Assembly (NCBI GenBank): GCA_964016885.1
Contig: CAXHJY010000998.1
Coordinates: forward strand, 62,001-126,000
Direction of reading: 5' to 3'
DNA length: 64,000 nt
DNA from: Eledone cirrhosa
Lineage: Eukaryota
Under the pieces are notes generated by a model. It ran no database searches. It was given only the letters and a program-made list of their open reading frames with translations, and was not told where the DNA came from. Position 1 is the stretch's first letter. The number at the start of each line of letters is the position of its first letter. This document shows, one piece after another, positions 57,385 through 64,000 of the stretch. Position numbers and translations under genes: made by a program.

Positions 57385-58247
57385 CCATGGTTCAACTAAG
57401 CACTCTTGCGATATTAACACATTTTGAACTGCTTAACTTCAATGACTGTGCTTGTAAATAGCATTAACTTTTCTTCCACATTGACTTTTTACGTTCCACA
57501 TTATGCACGTTTTTTTTTTCTTTTTCCTTTTTCTTTTCACTTCTTAAACCTTGTTTGTATATAACATTATTCTTTCTGCACCTTCTGTTTAACATGTGCG
57601 ACACCACACTACTACATTTCACTATCATTTGATAATGCATATAAATGCAGAAACCGGTAATAGACAATAATTAAATATATAAATAGATAAATAAATGCCA
57701 TTGTTAAATAATAAATAAATCAACTAATACCTTAACACTTCACACAAAGTAAAACATTTCGTTTTAATCATTTTCTAACCCAGAAAAAAGAGAGAGAGGG
57801 ACAAAAAAAGGAAAAACAAAAAATATTTTTCTTCCTCATATTCGTCCCGTTCTCCCTATTTTCAGGAGGAATTTATTTACAGTCTAACAATTTCTGATTT
57901 CTTATTTACAGTCTAACAGTTTCTGATGACATGATCGAGCTAGCATCGTATTTAAAATTGAATGGCACTGCTTCTATTGTTCAGCAATTTTTAGACAACT
58001 CAATCAGAGAAACAATTGTTAGACTGTAAATAAATTCCCATTTTTTGTACTGTTGACCATGTTATTCTTCACATTTTTTCAATGTTATTACTCCAGGATA
58101 AACTTACATAGGAATACAAGTTAAATCATAAACTCGCCATCTACGTAAACCTCTTGTTGAGTCAAGCAACGCCGTACGCTAAAACTATCCATAATAAGAA
58201 GTATTCACAACATCTAACTGGATTACCTATAACGATATTTTGTTATC

Positions 58248-58294
<47 letters not shown>

Positions 58295-58487
58295 TATAAG
58301 TCAGACACGTCGAATTTTCTTTGCTCTTTCCAATATAAAGCTTGAAACGAATAAGACTGCTTGTATTTCTGTTTGTTGTCTCCTTGAACTGACATGATGC
58401 TAGCTCCATCATGTCAGCAGAAATTGTTAGACTGTAAATAAATTCCCCTTTTGTGTACTGTTGACCATGTTATTCTTCACTTTTTTC

Positions 58488-58556
<69 letters not shown>

Positions 58557-58810
58557 CACATGTATATGTATATATATATATATACATATGTATTTTGTTT
58601 ATACATATATAATAATATATATACAGATATGTATATGTATATATATACATATACATGTATATGTATTTTATTCTTATTAATTTATTTCACATTTGACTTT
58701 ACAACTGTATTAGTAACAATCCTAACAGCAAGACATACACCAATAACATGAAGAACAAGTGTATATAATAAAACGGTTGTAAAGAAGGTATACACACATG
58801 CATATGTATA

Positions 58811-58861
<51 letters not shown>

Positions 58862-59085
58862 ATATATATATATATATATATAATATATGTCTGGGACAAA
58901 GTTTTGTTAGTCTTATTACATTGATACACACAGTCTACATCTCGTTCCTGTTGTGATGTCACAGTTCATTGGAAGTCATAATAATGTCGTTTGCACACCT
59001 CCCACATATATATAGTTGCATATATATATTTATATATATACACACACACAGACACACATATATATATATATACACACACACACAC

Positions 59086-59261
<176 letters not shown>

Positions 59262-59439
59262 CTATATACTTTAGCCATTAGACCAATGTTATATACGTTA
59301 TATAAACAGATGTTTTACTCATTAGATTTGATATAAAAGTTCTTGTTACGCTTTATTAGTTTTTCATTCATACATAAATATAGATATGTGTGCGTGTACG
59401 TGTGTGTGTGAGAGAGAGAGAGAGACAGAGAGAGAGAGA

Positions 59440-59496
<57 letters not shown>

Positions 59497-60483
59497 CGCA
59501 AGTCATCATTATCATCATCATATCAATGGCCCAAGAGAAATATGCCGCGGGTGTTCTTCACAATCACTTGATTTGCTAGAAGTAGCAGCTAAAATTCCCT
59601 CAAAATGACATAATTACTTCATTTATAACGCCTGCACATTGGGTTATGTAGCTCAACAAAGGACGAGGTTATCACGGCTGGAATTTCTTTGATGAAATAT
59701 CTCTCCCACTGTATTAAACATTATGATATTTATTAAGGAACGTTCACATTTCCTTTTAATGTTCTACTTCATTGGTATATAAATATATAATTGCAAAAAC
59801 AGATGTGACAGAGGCACGCGCTCACATATAGACATTTCCTCCGTTGTGAATGTGTATATATATATATATGTACTCCTGGAAGCATGTCGGCTCATGTTTT
59901 CTCAATTAATCATTTAAACACCAATCAACTAGAACAGCTTCCTAGGGTGAACCCTCGATGTACCATGGTGTTTCGTGATATAAGCTGCCATTTAAGAAAA
60001 TCTAATAAAAATATTTCTATGTAAAACATTTTGTACTTAATTTAAAGTCTTATTAAAATAACAATTATGAGGAACTTCTGTTAACTACATATATGGGTTC
60101 CGAAATTTTTGGAAAATTGCATAATGGATTTAACGAAATAACTCATTTTATGCACATATATCGTTCAAAACGTGATTAACACATCTTTTTTCTGTTGTAT
60201 CTGAAGCTAATGGCTGGAAGAACAAATGGGCAAAATTACTTAATTATATAATGAAGAGTAATACATTATTAAGGTCGCCTGCAAAAGGTGCGACAATATG
60301 GTATTTTTTGTAAAGCATTGGGAAATGCAAAATGGATTTGCTAATCTTTGATGTGAAAAGCTCTGCTCGAGAACCCGACAAAACATCGGAGATATATAGA
60401 GCAACTGCCTAAATAAACTAAACATGAATGCATACATATATACATACATCAATACACACACAGGTATATATATATATATATAT

Positions 60484-60667
60484 ATAGGAACGAGTAAGAC
60501 CCCGACGGCTGAGCTTAAGCCGTTTCGACGGCTAATTCTGGACTGAATTAGTCCAGTGGGTAATAGGAACGAGTAGGAACGAGTTCCTATTACCCACTCT
60601 ACTACCCTAAGTATTGAGTACTTTGGTGCGTTATGGTCCACCTGGTTCCTTACCACTTTTCCTTCGT

Positions 60668-60669
<2 letters not shown>
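60484..60669. mobile_element. Family B copy (rearranged)
   Basis: Same motifs as 4404-4600; TA flanks. Confidence 0.65.
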
Positions 60670-60699
<30 letters not shown>

Positions 60700-60857
60700 A
60701 ATCAGGATGGAATCAGTGTGAAACTATTCAGACCAGTAGTTAATCCTTGGGGTTGTAGAGTATGGCTACATTATAAAGTGCAAGGTCCCAACGGTTGAGC
60801 TCTTGCCATTTCAACAGATAGTTCTAGAGTCTGGAATATATATACACACACATCTCT

Positions 60858-60888
<31 letters not shown>

Positions 60889-61058
60889 CGTGGGTGTGTG
60901 TGTGTGAAACATTTCTCGGTTGCTTTTGCTGCCATCGTCTATATGAGGTTTACATACGACTTCAGCTCTTTCAAAATCTTAATAAATAATTGATTAACAC
61001 TCTGAGGTAATGAATTTATTTCGTGTATTATTGAATTATTGAGTGTTCAGATAAATCA

Positions 61059-61126
<68 letters not shown>

Positions 61127-61430
61127 CAACCTATTCATATATATACATATATTTACATACGTTTATATGAATGTATTTAGGTATGTTATACAACAGCGGG
61201 CATTAGAGAAGTCGATCCGACTATGTAATAATATAGTTCTTTTAAAATCTTCTCCATTCAATCGTGTATAAAATTATTTATTACAGAACATACGATCTAA
61301 ATCTCTCTGATGATGATTTCTGTAGAGAAAGACTCCATCAATCGTTATCTCATGACTTACAGAATTAAATAACTACACCCTCTTTGGCAGAATCTGAAAA
61401 GACAATAGAAGGTGACGGATTTGGTTCAAA

Positions 61431-61521
<91 letters not shown>

Positions 61522-61528
61522 AATATAT

Positions 61529-61637
<109 letters not shown>

Positions 61638-62132
61638 TCACCTTGATTACTTTGACCGACCAGCCTGTCGGGCGTCCATTCAACGCCGCTGGTCACAGCA
61701 CGCCGTCCATTCCTCTCTGGATCGTGCTTTCCTCATCCATGTATTCCCAATCGTATTCTTAAAATCGTAACTCCACCCTCGTGGAGGCCTTCCGAGTGGT
61801 CGTTTCCGCTCGCGCGGGTACCACTCGGCAACTGCGCGGGTCCACCGATTATCAGTGAATCGAGCGACGTGTCCAGCCCATCTGAACTTGGTGCGCATAT
61901 ATTCCGTGACGACGTCCCTCACGCCGGACTTCTGTCTGATGACTTCGCTCCTGATGTGTTCTCTCAACGGCATAAGGGATGTGCCCAAGGGGAGGTTGGA
62001 CAAGACCACCCGCGCCAACCTCTTCAATAGCACAGTTTTACCTGCAATGTTACATGGCAGTGAAACTTGGGCTACAACGAAGAGAGAAAAGCAGATGCTG
62101 GTAACGGCTCAAAGAGCCATGGAGAGGTCAAT
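61638..62132 (-). mobile_element. 5'-truncated RTE-clade LINE with an inverted 5' segment
   Basis: Minus strand 61638 to about 61968 encodes LREHIRSEVIRQKSGVRD..KFRWAGHVARFTDNRW..KRPLGRPP..W (RTE C-terminus) plus the 3'UTR. Plus strand from about 61965 to 62132 encodes the adjacent upstream LFNSTVLPAMLHGSETW..AQRAMERS. TA flanks. Confidence 0.88.
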
Positions 62133-62138
62133 ATATAT

Positions 62139-62180
<42 letters not shown>

Positions 62181-62256
62181 TTTCTGAATTTGTTTAGCAA
62201 GATTCTTTATCTGAAATCGTGTGTTTCTTATTGGCAACATGACCCTCCCAAAGTAT

Positions 62257-62315
<59 letters not shown>

Positions 62316-62763
62316 ATACAATAACAGAGATAGTTTAAAGCTAAACTCTGACTGGTAACCATCTCAATCAACAAACATTAGGTTATATTTAAATACAAAC
62401 CCAATTTAAGTGTTTGGGGTGCTAACAATATGTATAATGTGGAAAAACCAGTTGTATTATTTTATGAGATATAATTAAAGTTAAAGTATATCTCTCTTTC
62501 CAAACAATTGTTTCATTATAAGTCTTCTACAAGTTGGGAGAATATTTCCAGTTTATGTAGAAGCCTAATATATATTCATGTAAGAATATATTTAGGTGGG
62601 CGCTTATAAATCATCAGTGGAAGCCCATTAAACTTTGATATAAGAAAGAAAATATTCTTACCGCGTAAATATATATATATATGTATATATATATATATGT
62701 ATATATACATATACATTGATATATATATATATGTATATATGCATATACATACATGTATATATT

Positions 62764-62801
<38 letters not shown>

Positions 62802-62803
<2 letters not shown>

Positions 62804-63064
62804 GGCGCATGGCTTAGTGGTTAGAGCATTGGGCTTGCAATCGAAAGGTTGTGAGTTCAATTCTCAGGCCGGGTGGTGTGTTGTTTCCTTGAGCAAGACA
62901 CTTTATTTCACGTTGCTCCAGTTTACTCAGCTGTAGAAATGAGTACTGGCCTGCCCGCCCAGCCAGTGGGATTGCGTTATCTTATGGCTAAAACAGCACG
63001 ACGTGCTGTGACCAGCGGCTCCGATTGGCGCCCGACAGACTGGTCGGTCAAGGTTATCAAGGTG
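62802..63064 (+). mobile_element. tRNA-derived CORE-like SINE with an RTE-derived 3' tail
   Basis: A box tggcttagtgg, B box gagttcaattc and CORE-like ccttgagcaagacactt. The last ~62 bp match the 3' end of the RTE at 61638-61702. A degenerate relative is at about 16060-16125 (-). Confidence 0.8.
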
Positions 63065-63514
63065 ATATATATACATATATGTATATATACATATATGTAT
63101 ATATATATTCTTCTCATATATATATATTCTTCTCATTAATGTTTTATTTTTCTAAAGTCCATCTGTCTGAGAAGAGGGTTAAGTGTATCCATCACCCTGT
63201 GTGTTTACGACCAAGTAGATGCATGTTAAATATCAGCCGACCAGTAGGTTCCATCTGGTAACTGTATAATTTCCAGTTGTCTTGTAATGAATATTCTCCT
63301 CTGTCTATACATCTAGAACAGTGTGTCTATTGGATCAGAACTCTATCCAGCGAATATATTTTTCAGAAAAATATGTGCGCGTCCTGGAGCGCAAATAAAA
63401 ATATTGAATGATCGCTTCTATTTGATTCAGTTTTCTGACTATTCAATCTGGTAGCAAAGAAATACTATTGGTCTTTGTGTATATACACTCATATATATAT
63501 ATATATATATATAT

Positions 63515-63714
63515 ATAACGAAGGAAATGTGGTAAGGAACCAGGTGGACCATAACGCACCAAAGTACTCAATACTTAGGGTAGTAGAGTGGGTAAAAGGA
63601 ACCAGTAAGACCCCCGACGGCTGAGCTCAAGCCGTTTCGACGGATAATTCAGGACCTAATTCCAGAATTAGCCGTCGAAACGGCTTGAGCTCAGCAGTCG
63701 GTGTCTTACTGGTT

Positions 63715-63718
<4 letters not shown>
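63515..63718. mobile_element. Family B copy
   Basis: Near reverse complement of 4404-4600; TA flanks. Confidence 0.7.
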
Positions 63719-63807
<89 letters not shown>

Positions 63808-64000
63808 GTGAGGTTTTTTTACAAAATGAAAAATAACCGAGGTGCCCTACATGACTGAAAGTATAAAGGAAAAAAGATGAAATCGAAAATGCAACTGGAG
63901 TCTTATTTAAAAATATATATTTATTTATTTGGTTCCTTTACCGGTTTCGCAGTTCTTCTGCTTTTCAAAAGTAGAGTTGAGATGGAGGGTCTGTGGTTTT

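Noticed and set aside
57868-58040. CTGATGA...GAAACAATTGT as a hammerhead
   Set aside because: Stems I and II do not abut the core. The pairing is explained by the element's inverted repeat.
62802-62872. tRNA gene
   Set aside because: There is no proper acceptor stem or terminator, and it continues into a SINE body.

Overview
This is AT-rich animal genomic DNA saturated with (TA)n/(CA)n/(GA)n microsatellites. The repeat landscape suggests a coleoid cephalopod such as Octopus (inference). Almost all listed ORFs are microsatellite translation noise. There is one credible host gene: a minus-strand first coding exon of a Ubx/abd-A-class lophotrochozoan Hox gene (Lox4 most likely, Lox2 possible). 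It ends in FYPWMGIV-G|gtaagt, and no homeobox exon was found, implying an intron of more than 39 kb. The main discovery is a set of hammerhead ribozymes (HHRs). A 310-bp tandem array (about 5.7 units plus about 2.2 inverted units, 26352-28798) carries a canonical type I HHR in every unit, consistent with a non-LTR retrozyme in the inferred Hox intron. Several short (TA)n-embedded, head-to-head inverted repeat families also carry canonical or variant HHR folds, and a decayed Penelope-like reverse transcriptase lies at about 43.1-44.0 kb. Also present are many tRNA-derived SINEs, piggyBac-type MITEs, a twin-primed RTE LINE, a SINE sharing that LINE's 3' tail, and candidate Hox/Cdx-site enhancer islands. 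All calls were made by eye with no database searches.
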